From positions 243,381 to 307,380 of the forward strand of contig NIVC01001356.1 of assembly GCA_002269645.1 (NCBI GenBank): a stretch of 64,000 nt of DNA. The letters run 5' to 3'. The stretch's first letter is position 1. Each line of letters begins with the position of its first letter. The notes below the pieces were generated by a model, which was not told where the DNA came from, made no database searches, and worked only from the letters and a program-made list of their open reading frames with translations. Positions 1-11,297 of the stretch are shown here, one piece after another. This DNA comes from Macrostomum lignano. Lineage: Eukaryota. Made by a program: the position numbers and the translations under genes.

Positions 1-956
1 TATGCCTGCGGCAATTTGACTGCCGACAATATGACTGCGGCAATTTGACTGCCGACAATAATGAATAACCGAGTACAATGCAATCCAGTAGTAGTTTGTT
101 ACACCATGAAAATTTTAACATTAAGTTTCACATAAGGGTACCTTAAAATTCAAATGACCTTAAGAATGCGTATTTCCTTGGGTGTAAGGCTGTAAACTGC
201 GGTGGAGCTGGAGATACACAAACTTCTCTCAGGGCTGCTAATTGGCCAGAAAGATGACGCGATTAAAGCATGAGAAATGGTAATTAGAGTAGTACGTCCC
301 ACAAACTGGCTTTCGAAGCAGGGATTGGCAGACTTTAACCTCAAAGGCCAGATAAAGAATCCACCTCATAGCTGCGGGCCAGATGCGAGTGGAAAGGAGA
401 AGAAATAGACTGTTAGAAGAGAGGAGAGGCGAGAGGGGGGTAAGAGAAAAGATAGAAGAGACGAGGGGTGAAGAGAGAGCAGAGAATAGGGGAGGAAGAA
501 GCGAGAGGAGGGAGAAGGAAAGAGTAGAGGTGAGAGGAGGGAAGAGATGAGACAGAGGATCAATGAGAGAGGAGAGTTGAGAAGAGAGCAGAGAGGAGAT
601 AAAAGAGGATCGAGAGGAGAGATTAGAAAGGATAGAGAAGAGAGGAGAGAGAGATGAGAGAGCAGAGACGAGAGAGAAGAGACGAGAGACGAAAGAGAAG
701 TGAGAAAAAAGAAGAGAAGATAGAAGTTTCAAAAGATGCAAAGGACATAGGGAGAGGCAGAGGTAGAGGCCAGAGTTTGCCTGACATTCTGCACAGCACC
801 CCAGCCAACAATATCAATTAATAATCGGTTATTCATTAATTTTTTCTTGGCAGTAATTTTGTCCGCAGTCGTATTGTCGGCAGTCAAATTGTCCGCAGTC
901 AAATTGTGGCAGTCAAATTGTGGCAGTCAAATTGTGGCAGTCATTGTCGTAGACCC
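1..956. mobile_element. Non-autonomous TIR/foldback-like element with subterminal repeats (left end runs off the window)
   Basis: taatgaataaccga (59-72) is the exact reverse complement of tcggttattcatta (825-838). Repeats gcggcaatttgactgccgacaat at 8-60 are mirrored by attgtcggcagtcaaattgt and (ggcagtcaaattgt)n at 855-950. No coding capacity inside. Confidence 0.55.
395..780 (+). repeat. Degenerate purine-rich (GA/GGA/GAGA) low-complexity tract
   Basis: Almost pure A/G on the + strand; gives the L/S-rich spurious ORF 238-741. Confidence 0.85.
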
Positions 957-1984
957 GCTGATATGAGCCTCCCACTCTGCGGAGGGAAGGCCCACTTCTT
1001 TTTCCGGTATCTCTCTGCGATTCTCACTCAGTTGTGCAGAGAAAACTTATACAAGCCAGTCAGCCATTGCCTTCCAAGATATTACAGTTGATTACGTAGT
1101 TAGTTAGCTAGGTAATGTACATGTATAGCAGCCATAACTATATCCAATAGCAGTGTTCAGGAAGGAGAGCTTATGCATGAAATAGCAGCTGAATGTATTG
1201 CTTACATTTATGCTTATATATACGAGCTACAATTGATATCAGTTTGCAAATCTCAGCTTGCGTGCAGTTAACTTGAACTGTTAAAGTCAAAATTGCCTGT
1301 CTACACTGAATAAACAGCACAGTTGCGGTGAGTGAATCCAGCATCAGAAACATTTTTGCTGCCAAATAAATTATTTAACTGCTAAATATATAGTGGTGTC
1401 TTCCTGCGGACATGGCTTACCAAGAAAACTTTATCTTGATAAACTCTTTCTGCGACAATTTGACTGTTGTCACAATTCCACAAGGTGAACCAGCCCCAAA
1501 AAAGGCACAGATCGAGATTGTACATGCCTGAAAGTCTAAGAATCCAATCTAAGAAATGCTAGGAAACTTCCGATCGGTTGTGTCGGTGTCGAGTACATCG
1601 TAAGCCAAAGCGGTATCGGTAATTAAGGGGGTTTATGTACATCCTGGCGCACTTTAAGCGACATTGTCACAACCGACGAGAGACATTACTGCCCATTCCG
1701 CCGACCCCCCCCCTGAGCAGGCACACAAGCGCGCGGATACGTACGCAGTCATACGCACAGGTACACACTCAGACAGGGAGTGTACATCGACCCTACTAAA
1801 CTTTATTTATCGTTAGGCATGTACACTTCACTGTGCCTTGGTGGGGGGGGGGGGGTCGGTCTTCAGGGCGTTAATTGCACGAGCAGAGCCAAGCCGAGAT
1901 TCCAATTTTAGCCCAATATATTAATGTGGCTGCACTTGGAATCGAGCCGTTGACCGTTATTACTTATCATTAAGTATTAATCAT

Positions 1985-2181
1985 CATGCTTATGAGAGGG
2001 GTCGCCACACACACCCTCAATTACCCCAGCTAATGCTGGCGCCCATTTTACAGCTGGGTGAACTGAAGCAATGCAGAATTAAGTATCTTGCTCAAGGACA
2101 CAATTTGTTCCGAGTTGGTCAAGAATCGAACCCCCGACCCTTCAGTCGTGAGTCCGACGCTCTAACCACTAGGCTGCAACC
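1985..2181 (-). mobile_element. tRNA-derived SINE with CORE-like central domain (copy 1)
   Basis: Minus strand reads ggttgcagcctagtggttagagcg (A box), ggttcgattc (B box), then tgtgtccttgagcaagatacttaa...cttcagttcacccagctgtaaaatggg, which resembles the MIR/CORE consensus. A second copy lies at 12369-12565. Confidence 0.75.
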
Positions 2182-3146
2182 CCTCCCCACTAAGTGAACC
2201 CACTGAGCCAGTCAATGATTACAATTGGATCATAATAGCCTAGAAATACGCATACAAGTCATGACCAAGTCCAGAGGGTAAGAAACACTGCCAATATTAT
2301 GCTTAAGAAATGCCTGAAAATCTAAAAATGTGAGTGCTCAGCATTCTTCTGCTTTTACGAGATGGAGCTGGGCGTATAAACCTTCCATACTTTGTAGCAG
2401 TCCCTCTCTCTCCTCAAAGTGTACAGAGATTGGCAGCATGCTCAAAAAAGATTCCCCAACCCCCACCCCAGGGAGGCCGTGATGAGGCCTGTGAGTGATG
2501 GGGAAAATTTTGGTAAGCACGCTTCGAAATTTCGTCCCTCCATCCCACTTGCCTTACCTTCCCTCGCCCTCCTCACTGACCAGCAGCCTCTGTACACAGG
2601 CAGGGAGTGGATAAGATAAAGCTTAAAAATCCTTAGTTCTTGCTTTGCGAATTGCTTCAATGAAGGAATCACATTGTGATAGCGGCCTGAGTAAACGGCC
2701 TTCATAAGAAAGCTCAAAGGATCGCTACACTCTTGGCGGTACGTTTGAAAAATGCAACATTTTGTGATTACACTAGAAAATTTGTCTAATTCGTTACATT
2801 TTTGGTTTTGAAGCAAACAACGAAAAGAGGCTCTGTCGAATATCCAAAATCGTAGTGGTTAAATTAGTAGTTAAAGTGTGCCAGGCAAATCACTGAATTC
2901 TTTGTTGGTTTAACAATAAAAAAATCATACAATTTTGCAATTTGATTTGCCCCTATGCTCAGTTTTAGTCATTTATTGCTTTGGAAACTTCAAGATTGAG
3001 ATCTTACGTTAAAAATATTCTCTCCATTCTACAAGCCTACACAGAAGTATTTATTAACGTTTCCTTGTGTTATTTTGAGTAACTTTTTTGCCTTGCACAC
3101 TGATTTCTATAGCCGGAACATACTCTCGCCCCCTTTCTCTCCCTCA

Positions 3147-3977
<831 letters not shown>

Positions 3978-4158
3978 TGTGGTAGCGTGGGTCTGCTCAA
4001 TTGCTCCGCTTAGTGTAATGTACAGTGCAGGTGTACACCTGCACGCGCGCGTGTGATTGGCTGACGCTTTGTCAGACAACCTTTATTGTTGGCCAGCTAT
4101 ATTAAATACAAGCTCTCTGCCTTGGGGGGGGTCTTACCCCCGAAGTGGAGTTTTCACA
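3978..4158 (+). repeat. 5' LTR of Mag-like element (181 bp)
   Basis: tgtggtagcg...ttttcaca, repeated at 8376-8558. Confidence 0.95.
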
Positions 4159-4159
4159 G

Positions 4160-4169
4160 TGGCGACGAG
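4160..4169 (+). promoter_or_regulatory. Primer-binding site, probably tRNA-Ser(GCT)
   Basis: TGGCGACGAG lies 1 nt after the LTR and is complementary to the ...CTCGTCGCCA 3' end of metazoan tRNA-Ser(GCT). Confidence 0.7.
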
Positions 4170-4189
4170 ACTGAAACGATCCTGCGCAA

Positions 4190-7100
4190 ATGAGTAGTGC
4201 AAGTGCACTAGGGCTTGTCGGCCCATACGAAGAAGGCTCTGAGCCGTGGCATATGTACCAAGCAAGGTTAGAACAATATTTTGTTGCCAATGACGTCACT
4301 GAGGAAGCGAAAAAGCGAGCGATTCTGCTGAGTTCATGCGGCAAGAAAGTCTTCCATCTGGCCTTCAGTTTGCAGTCTCCTGCACAGCCATCAGCCAAGA
4401 GCTACACCGAAATTTGTGAGGCACTGAAGAGCCATTTCGAGCCTGAGGAGTCCGAGATCGTCCATCGTTACCGATTCTACACCAGAAATCGCAGGGAAGG
4501 TGAGGGCGTCGCTGACTTCGTCGCAGACCTCCGAGACCTGGCTCGCGACTGCAAGTTCGGCGACAGCCTGACTTCGATGCTTCGCGACAGGCTGGTGCTG
4601 GGAATCAACAACGACGGCGCTCAGCGGCGGCTGCTGGCGGAGCCCGATCTCACTCTAGCGAAGGCATTGAAGCTGGCCCTGGCCCACGAGTCCGCCGCCA
4701 AGGGCTGCCAGCTGGTGTCGGGAGCGAGTAAGCCAGATCCAGTCAGTCAGGAGTCCGTCAGCATTGTCAAGCAACAGCAGAAGTCATCTTCGACAAGGAG
4801 GTGCTTCAGGTGCCTGTCAACGAAGCATCTCGCTAATAAGTGCCCGTTCGCCACCCAGAAGTGCTACAAGTGCTCAAAGACCGGCCACACTGCGGCTGCC
4901 TGCAAATCCCAGTCGAAGGACGATAGAAGAGAGGCTCTGCAGATGCAGGACGGTGAGGAAAAAGACAGCTGCGAGGAGGAAACGGCCCACTCACTGTACC
5001 AGCTGTCCGGCAAGCGAGTGTCGAAGGTGCCGCCGATTACAACGACGGTGCGCATCAATGGCCGACCTGTTGTCATGGAAGTGGACACCGGAGCCTCCGT
5101 GTCCCTGGTATCCTCGAAGACCTACAGGACCGTGCTCAACTCCCAGCCAGCACTGCAGCCTGCGTCCATGCAGCTGCGAACATACTCCGGTGAGAAAGTG
5201 TCAATCGAAGGCTGCATCTGCGTTGCTGTGGAAGCTGCTGAAGCACCGCCCAAGTCACTCAGCCTCCTTGTGGTCGCCGGCTGCGGATCCGACCTGCTCG
5301 GAAGAGACTGGCTGTCCGAGTTGCGGCTCGACTGGAGATCAATCAAGCAAATGGCGGCTGCTCCGGAGGTGTCGCCCAGACTGCAGCAGCTGCTCGACAA
5401 GTACAGCGATGTTTTTTCGCCTGAGCTAGGAAAGTACAACGGACCACCAGTGAGTTTGAATATGAAACCCGATGCTCAACCTCGCTTTATGAAGGCCAGG
5501 AATCTCCCCTTTGCTGTGAAGGATAAGGTGGAGAGCCAACTGAACCGCGAGATCGAACAAGGAATCCTGGTGCCCGTGCAGCACTCCGAGTACGCATCGC
5601 CGGTGGTGCCAGTGCTCAAGTCCGACGGCTCTGTGAGGGTCTGCGCCGACTTCAAGCAGACCGTCAACCCGAACGTGGAGCCCGACTCGTATCCTCTGCC
5701 GCGGATCGAAGAGCTGTTCGCGAAGCTGACTGGTGGGCGGCTCTTCACTAAGCTCGATTTGTCGCAGGCGTACATGCAGCTGCCACTCGATGAGGCTTCC
5801 CAGGAAGTCTGCACGATCAATACGCACAAAGGGCTGCTTCGGTACACGCGGCTGCCCTTCGGTGTCTCGCCAGCGGTCGGGATTTTTCAGCGCCGGATGG
5901 ACTGCTTGCTGCAAGGAATCACCAGCACCGCCTGCTTCATCGATGACCTCATCATCACCGGGAAGGACGACAGCAGTCATCTGAACTCCCTGGAGCAGGT
6001 TCTGGAGAAGCTGAGCCAGAGCGGCCTCCGGTGCAAGCTGGAGAAGTGCCAGTTCATGCAGACGAGCGTCAGTTATCTCGGTCACCGCATCGATGCCGAC
6101 GGCCTGCACCCGATCAAAGACAAGGTCGAGGCGATTGTCAGCGCTCCAGCTCCCAAGGACGCAACTCAGCTGCGCAGCTTCCTAGGCATGGTGAACTACT
6201 ATGGCAAGTTCCTGCCTAATTTGTCTCAAGTCCTGGCACCGCTGCACCTGCTGCTGTGCGAGCAACACCGCTGGAACTGTGGCGCTGCTCAGAACGCCGC
6301 TTTCGAGAAGTGCAAGGCCCTGCTGTCTTCGGCTCCGGTATTGGCGCACTTCGACCCGAGCGAAGACCTGCTGCTTGAGTGCGACGCGTCCCCCTACGGC
6401 CTGGGCGCGGTCATTAGCCACAGGATCGATGGAGCTGTCCGGCCTGTGGCCTTTGCCTCGCGTACGTTGCACGACGCTGAGAAAAACTACTCGCAGCTCG
6501 AGAAGGAAGCCCTCGCTGTAGTGTTTGCGGTCAAGAAGTTCAACGCGTACCTGTTCGGCCGCCCATTTCTGCTGGTGAGTGACCACAAACCTCTGCTTGG
6601 ATTGCTTGCTGAGAACAAGGCCGTGCCGGCCCTGGCATCTGGAAGAATTCAGAGGTGGGCTCTGCTGCTGTCTGGCTATAACTACCGCATGGTTCACCGA
6701 GCCGGAGCCTCACTGCTGTGCGCCGATGCCCTGAGTCGCCTGCCGCTGCCCGACAAGCCGGCGACGGTCCCGAAGCTGGCAGAGCTGGTCATGCTGATGG
6801 ACCACCTAGACGATGGACCTGTCACGGCAGCTCAGATACGCGGCCTGACTCGAAGGGACCCCACACTAGCCCGAGCTCTGCACTTCACGCAAATTGGCTG
6901 GCCAGAGCGGGTCAGTGACGATCTGCTGCCATACTCCAAGAGAGCGGTTGAGCTCGGTGCGCAAGACGGCTGCCTCCTGTGGGGCGCTCGAGTGGTGGTC
7001 CCGGTCGGAGCGCGAGCTGCACTGCTCCAGGTGCTGCATCAAGGTCATGCGGGGGCGTCACGCATGAAGACGCTAGCCCGAGGTTATTTCTGGTGGCCAG

Positions 7101-8113
7101 GATTAGACTCGGAGATTGAAAACCTGGCCAAGGCCTGCTCTGACTGTCAGGAGTTGCAGAACGCCCCGGCGCCTTCGCCAATGTTGTCGTGGCCGTGGCC
7201 TGACCGACCGTGGTCTCGAGTGCATATCGACTATGCGGGTCCGGTGTCTGGCAAGATGCTGCTGGTTGTCGTCGATGCCCATTCAAAGTGGCTGGATGTG
7301 CATGTGGTGACGTCAGCGACCTCAGTTGTCACCATCCAGAAACTCCGCTCCAGCTTCGCGATACACGGGTTGCCAGATGTGCTGGTGTCGGACAATGGGC
7401 CCAACTTGGTCAGCGAGGAGATGTCCGATTTTCTGCGGAGGAACGACATTCAGCACATGCGCGTTGCTCTCTACCATCCGGCGTCCAACGGCCTGGCGGA
7501 ACGAGCTGTCCAGACGCTGAAGCGGTCCCTGGAGAAGCAGCGCGAAGGCTCCTTGGAGGATAAGGTCGCCCGGTTCCTGCTGAGCTACCGGGTCACTCCG
7601 CATGCGGCAACTGGTGTGGCTCCCTGCGAACTCCTGATGGGACGGCGCCTGTGCACGTTGCTATATCGAGCTCGGCCAGACCTGGGAGCAAGAGTACAGC
7701 GTAAGCAAGGTCAGCAAAAAGAGCACCACGACTGCAAAGCTCGGTTCCGGACCTTCGAGACTGACGACGCTGTACTCGCCAGAGACTTTGGAGCCAACGG
7801 AGGTCGGTGGAAGCCGGCGCGAGTTGTCGGTGCCGCCGGTCCAGCCTCCTACCTGTGCGGCTTCGATGCCGACGACCGAGTGGTGCGGCGGCACGTTGAC
7901 CATGTCCGCGGTGGTCCTGAGCAGCCGCGACCTACCGGAGCTGGCGTGACAGACGGTGCTACCGACGCCAAGGCCGCGCCTGAGCCGAAAGCTGCGATGC
8001 CGGCCGTGGACGAGCCGCCAAACCTGGCTGCTCCTGGAGACCCTGAGATCGACGGGTCTCTGCGCCGATCGTCGCGAGTTCGACGTCCCCCGGAGCGCCT
8101 GAGCTACGGGTGA
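4190..8113 (+). CDS. gag-pol: Gag-Pol polyprotein (1307 aa): Gag, two zinc knuckles, protease, RT, RNase H, integrase
   Basis: CFRCLSTKHLANKC and CYKCSKTGHTAAAC knuckles; VDTGAS protease; LPFGVSPA and FIDD in RT; CDASPYGLGAV RNase H; H-x3-H...C-x2-C, then IDYAGP, SDNGPN and AERAV in integrase. Confidence 0.97.
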   Translation: MSSASALGLVGPYEEGSEPWHMYQARLEQYFVANDVTEEAKKRAILLSSCGKKVFHLAFSLQSPAQPSAKSYTEICEALKSHFEPEESEIVHRYRFYTRNRREGEGVADFVADLRDLARDCKFGDSLTSMLRDRLVLGINNDGAQRRLLAEPDLTLAKALKLALAHESAAKGCQLVSGASKPDPVSQESVSIVKQQQKSSSTRRCFRCLSTKHLANKCPFATQKCYKCSKTGHTAAACKSQSKDDRREALQMQDGEEKDSCEEETAHSLYQLSGKRVSKVPPITTTVRINGRPVVMEVDTGASVSLVSSKTYRTVLNSQPALQPASMQLRTYSGEKVSIEGCICVAVEAAEAPPKSLSLLVVAGCGSDLLGRDWLSELRLDWRSIKQMAAAPEVSPRLQQLLDKYSDVFSPELGKYNGPPVSLNMKPDAQPRFMKARNLPFAVKDKVESQLNREIEQGILVPVQHSEYASPVVPVLKSDGSVRVCADFKQTVNPNVEPDSYPLPRIEELFAKLTGGRLFTKLDLSQAYMQLPLDEASQEVCTINTHKGLLRYTRLPFGVSPAVGIFQRRMDCLLQGITSTACFIDDLIITGKDDSSHLNSLEQVLEKLSQSGLRCKLEKCQFMQTSVSYLGHRIDADGLHPIKDKVEAIVSAPAPKDATQLRSFLGMVNYYGKFLPNLSQVLAPLHLLLCEQHRWNCGAAQNAAFEKCKALLSSAPVLAHFDPSEDLLLECDASPYGLGAVISHRIDGAVRPVAFASRTLHDAEKNYSQLEKEALAVVFAVKKFNAYLFGRPFLLVSDHKPLLGLLAENKAVPALASGRIQRWALLLSGYNYRMVHRAGASLLCADALSRLPLPDKPATVPKLAELVMLMDHLDDGPVTAAQIRGLTRRDPTLARALHFTQIGWPERVSDDLLPYSKRAVELGAQDGCLLWGARVVVPVGARAALLQVLHQGHAGASRMKTLARGYFWWPGLDSEIENLAKACSDCQELQNAPAPSPMLSWPWPDRPWSRVHIDYAGPVSGKMLLVVVDAHSKWLDVHVVTSATSVVTIQKLRSSFAIHGLPDVLVSDNGPNLVSEEMSDFLRRNDIQHMRVALYHPASNGLAERAVQTLKRSLEKQREGSLEDKVARFLLSYRVTPHAATGVAPCELLMGRRLCTLLYRARPDLGARVQRKQGQQKEHHDCKARFRTFETDDAVLARDFGANGGRWKPARVVGAAGPASYLCGFDADDRVVRRHVDHVRGGPEQPRPTGAGVTDGATDAKAAPEPKAAMPAVDEPPNLAAPGDPEIDGSLRRSSRVRRPPERLSYG

Positions 8114-8375
8114 CGTCATCTGTGAAAGAGACTGTTTTGATTGACTGTTGAGTTCGCACGTTTAATTTTGGATTTTGAACTTTGTTATGGTTATGGTTTA
8201 TTTTCCTTTATTCTGTTGTGTCGTTGCTTTCCTATCAGGCGTTTGCGTAGTTTTGGTGCTGGTTAATTATTATTTATTATTAAGTTATTAAGTTTCGAGT
8301 TATTGTTCCTCACTAAAATGTGTTGCTCTAATGTATTCTCTTGCGATCCCTGATCCCCACGTAGATGGGGAGGGA

Positions 8376-8558
8376 TGTGGTAGCGTGGGTCTGCTCAATT
8401 GCTCCGCTTAGTGTAATGTACAGTGCAGGTGTACACCTGCACGCGCGCGTGTGATTGGCTGACGCTTTGTCAGACAACCTTTATTGTTGGCCAGCTATAT
8501 TAAATACAAGCTCTCTGCCTTGGGGGGGGGGTCTTACCCCCGAAGTGGAGTTTTCACA
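8376..8558 (+). repeat. 3' LTR of Mag-like element (183 bp)
   Basis: Copy of 3978-4158, preceded by the polypurine tract. Confidence 0.95.
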
Positions 8559-8894
<336 letters not shown>

Positions 8895-10112
8895 TTCGAT
8901 GGAAAGTTCGATGGAAAATTTTTTCTGCAAGTGAAAGGCACGGCCATGGGAAAATCGTTTGCGCCCAGCTACAGTAACATCTACATGGGCTACTGGGAGC
9001 AGCGGGGCCTGGAGCTCAGCCCGCAGAAGCCCGCCCTGTGGCTGCGCTACATCGACGACATCTTCGGCGTCTGGCACGGAACGAGAGACGAGCTGGTCCG
9101 CTTCCACGAGCTCCTGGATGGCCTCGACCCGAACATCAGGTTGCAGCTGAGCTACAGCAGCACCGAGGTCAACTTCCTGGATACCACCGTCTTCTGGGAC
9201 CGCGAGGGTGACGTTAAGCGCCTGGCAACTAAGGTGTATTTTAAGCCGACCGACAGCCGAACGCTCATTCACCGCGACTCTTTCCACCCGAAGCGGACGT
9301 TCCGGGGCGTGGTGAAGTCCCAGCTCCTCAGATACGCCCGGCGGTGTTCCCTGATGGCCGATTTCGACGCAGCGTGCACCGGGCTGTTTTCAAGTCTGGT
9401 GCAACACCAGGGCTACAATCGGCGGTTCCTGCGCACGATCAAGTACGAGATGCTGACGGAGCTGGGCTTCTACCCGACGAGACGGTGGGAATTCGGCTTT
9501 CTGCCGTGCAACCCGACCCGGCTGTGCAGGTGCTGCCAGGCACACGCCAGGTTCGCCTCCGTCTGCCCCGGATCAGCAGCCACGACAGTCCAGCTCATCA
9601 TCAGTCAGCGGATCGACTGCAACGCCACCAACGCCGTCTATGCCGTGTTCTGCCGCCGGTGCGACCACACGATCTACGTAGGCGAGACCGCCAACAGCAT
9701 CCGCGGCCGCATGCTGGCGCACATCGGCGACATCCGGCACGCCCGTGACACTCCGGTGGCCCGCCATTTCACCAGTGATGGCCACAGTCTGGCGGACTTC
9801 GCCTTCACCGGCATCTGGTCTCGTGACGGCACGGGACCCAGAGCGAACGAGCGGCGGCAGCGCCACGAGGCCAAGCTCATCGAGGTGTTAAAGACTCAAA
9901 CCCCGCACGGCGCCAACGAGCTTGCCGGCACGCTGCACAACCCGGCCATCCCGCTGATCCTGCCCCATTGTGCGAGGTCGGACGCCCTGGTGGCCGCGAT
10001 GAAGGACCGCGTGGCCCGGTGCTGCGAGGCGCCGGTGCTGCCCGCCTACACCAAAGGGCGGAACCTCCGGCAGCTGCTCTGTCCCAGTCGACTGGAGTCC
10101 ACCACTGATTGA
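8895..10112 (+). pseudogene. Truncated PLE RT/GIY-YIG reading frame (open, but lacking the N-terminal RT motifs and a start codon)
   Basis: Real coding part of ORF 8484-10112 starts at FDGK (8895); upstream residues are translated microsatellite and LTR. Confidence 0.85.
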
Positions 10113-10719
10113 ATTTTTGTATTTTTTCCTTTTGATTTTTTACTTCACTTTCCCTTCTACTTACCTTTGTCAGACCGTGCCGGTACCTACCAAGCCTTTT
10201 GTTGCTCCTTTCTTAGAAATTTTTTTATTCTCATCGCTAGCCCAAGCTCAGCTTTTGTATATTCTCAGCATTTATTCTGCATCAACATTTCTATTGTTTC
10301 TTGACACCCTGTACTTTTTATTACACTTTTTACTTTTACTCTTTTGCTTATCGTACAATTGCTCTTTTTTAAGTTTTTGAGGGCCTTTCACCTTATTTAT
10401 TTATTTATTGATTTACTGCTTATTTATTTATTGAGGTCAATTTTGTAAAGTGCTTAGAGTCACTCTTTCTCCTTTTTAGACACCGGTGCAGTCGCACTAT
10501 TCCATTATTTATTTCGTGTGTAGGATCGCTGCAGCCCACGTGCGGTTCACTTTATTTGTGCACTGTTTTTTATTTTGCATTTTCAACTCTAATAGTGTTT
10601 TATCGACTCACACCAAGTGTACATACCGTACGCTCTCTATCTACCTGCCTACTCTCTCTCCCCTCTAACCCGCCTATTTAATAACTTTTACAACACCACT
10701 TGTCGCTACTACTTTTCAC

Positions 10720-10760
10720 TTGCCCTGACGAAGAATTTACCTAATTCGAAATATCGGCAA
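10720..10760 (+). ncRNA. Minimal type I hammerhead ribozyme
   Basis: ttgcc-CTGACGA-a-gaatt(tacct)aattc-GAAA-t-ATC-ggcaa: stem I ttgcc/ggcaa, stem II gaatt/aattc, intact core, and a loopless palindromic stem III (ATAT) as in dimer-type PLE hammerheads. Confidence 0.8.
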
Positions 10761-10828
10761 CTTAAATCATCTTGACTTGTTTGTCCTTTTTACATGTACC
10801 GCGTCCGTGCCTGAGATTGGAGGCGCCC

Positions 10829-10855
10829 TCCTCTCTCTCTCTCTCTCCCTCTCTC

Positions 10856-10912
<57 letters not shown>

Positions 10913-10917
10913 GTCTA

Positions 10918-10950
<33 letters not shown>

Positions 10951-10951
10951 G

Positions 10952-11042
<91 letters not shown>

Positions 11043-11057
11043 GTCTATCTCTCTCTT

Positions 11058-11142
<85 letters not shown>

Positions 11143-11147
11143 GTCTA

Positions 11148-11203
<56 letters not shown>

Positions 11204-11255
11204 CCCTCTCTTCCTCTTTTCCCCTCCCGTCTCTCTCCCTCTCTCCTTCTCTCTC
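10829..11255 (+). repeat. (CT)n compound microsatellite
   Basis: Seen directly; carries the same ctctgtctctctgtctatc variant units as 8559-8894. Confidence 0.97.
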
Positions 11256-11262
11256 ATAATAA

Positions 11263-11297
11263 CCCTGAGGAACAATATATAATATTCGAAGTATCGG
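11263..11297 (+). ncRNA. Second, degenerate hammerhead ribozyme (GAAA changed to GAAG)
   Basis: cc-CTGAGGA-ac-aatat(ata)atatt-c-GAAG-t-ATC-gg has the same layout as 10720-10760. Confidence 0.5.

Larger units (their letters stand above)
3978..8558 (+). mobile_element. Full-length Ty3/Gypsy LTR retrotransposon, Mag-like clade
   Basis: Two TGT...ACA LTRs (3978-4158, 8376-8558) differ only in a poly-G run (8 vs 10 G). PBS tggcgacgag at 4160, PPT ggggaggga at 8367-8375, and a single intact gag-pol ORF. Confidence 0.96.
8895..10828 (+). mobile_element. 5'-truncated Penelope-like element, Neptune-type (RT + Cys-rich linker + GIY-YIG endonuclease + 3' region with hammerhead)
   Basis: QVKGTAMG and WLRYIDDIF RT motifs; FLD...KPTD...SFHP C-terminal RT; CNPTRLCRCC linker; NAVYAVFCRRC...YVGET GIY-YIG motif; T-rich 3' region with a hammerhead core; microsatellite on both sides. 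Confidence 0.9.

Noticed and set aside
1700-1860. ccgacccccccc ... ggggggggtcgg inverted pair, possible solo LTR
   Set aside because: No clear TG...CA boundaries, TSD or second copy in the window.
2100-2181. tRNA-like sequence (also 12369-12450)
   Set aside because: Has A/B boxes but runs straight into a SINE core; I could not fold a complete cloverleaf.
4764-8159. Many overlapping and antisense ORFs inside gag-pol (likewise inside the Neptune, Gmr1 and NHL genes)
   Set aside because: Shadow frames of GC-rich coding sequence, with no motifs of their own.
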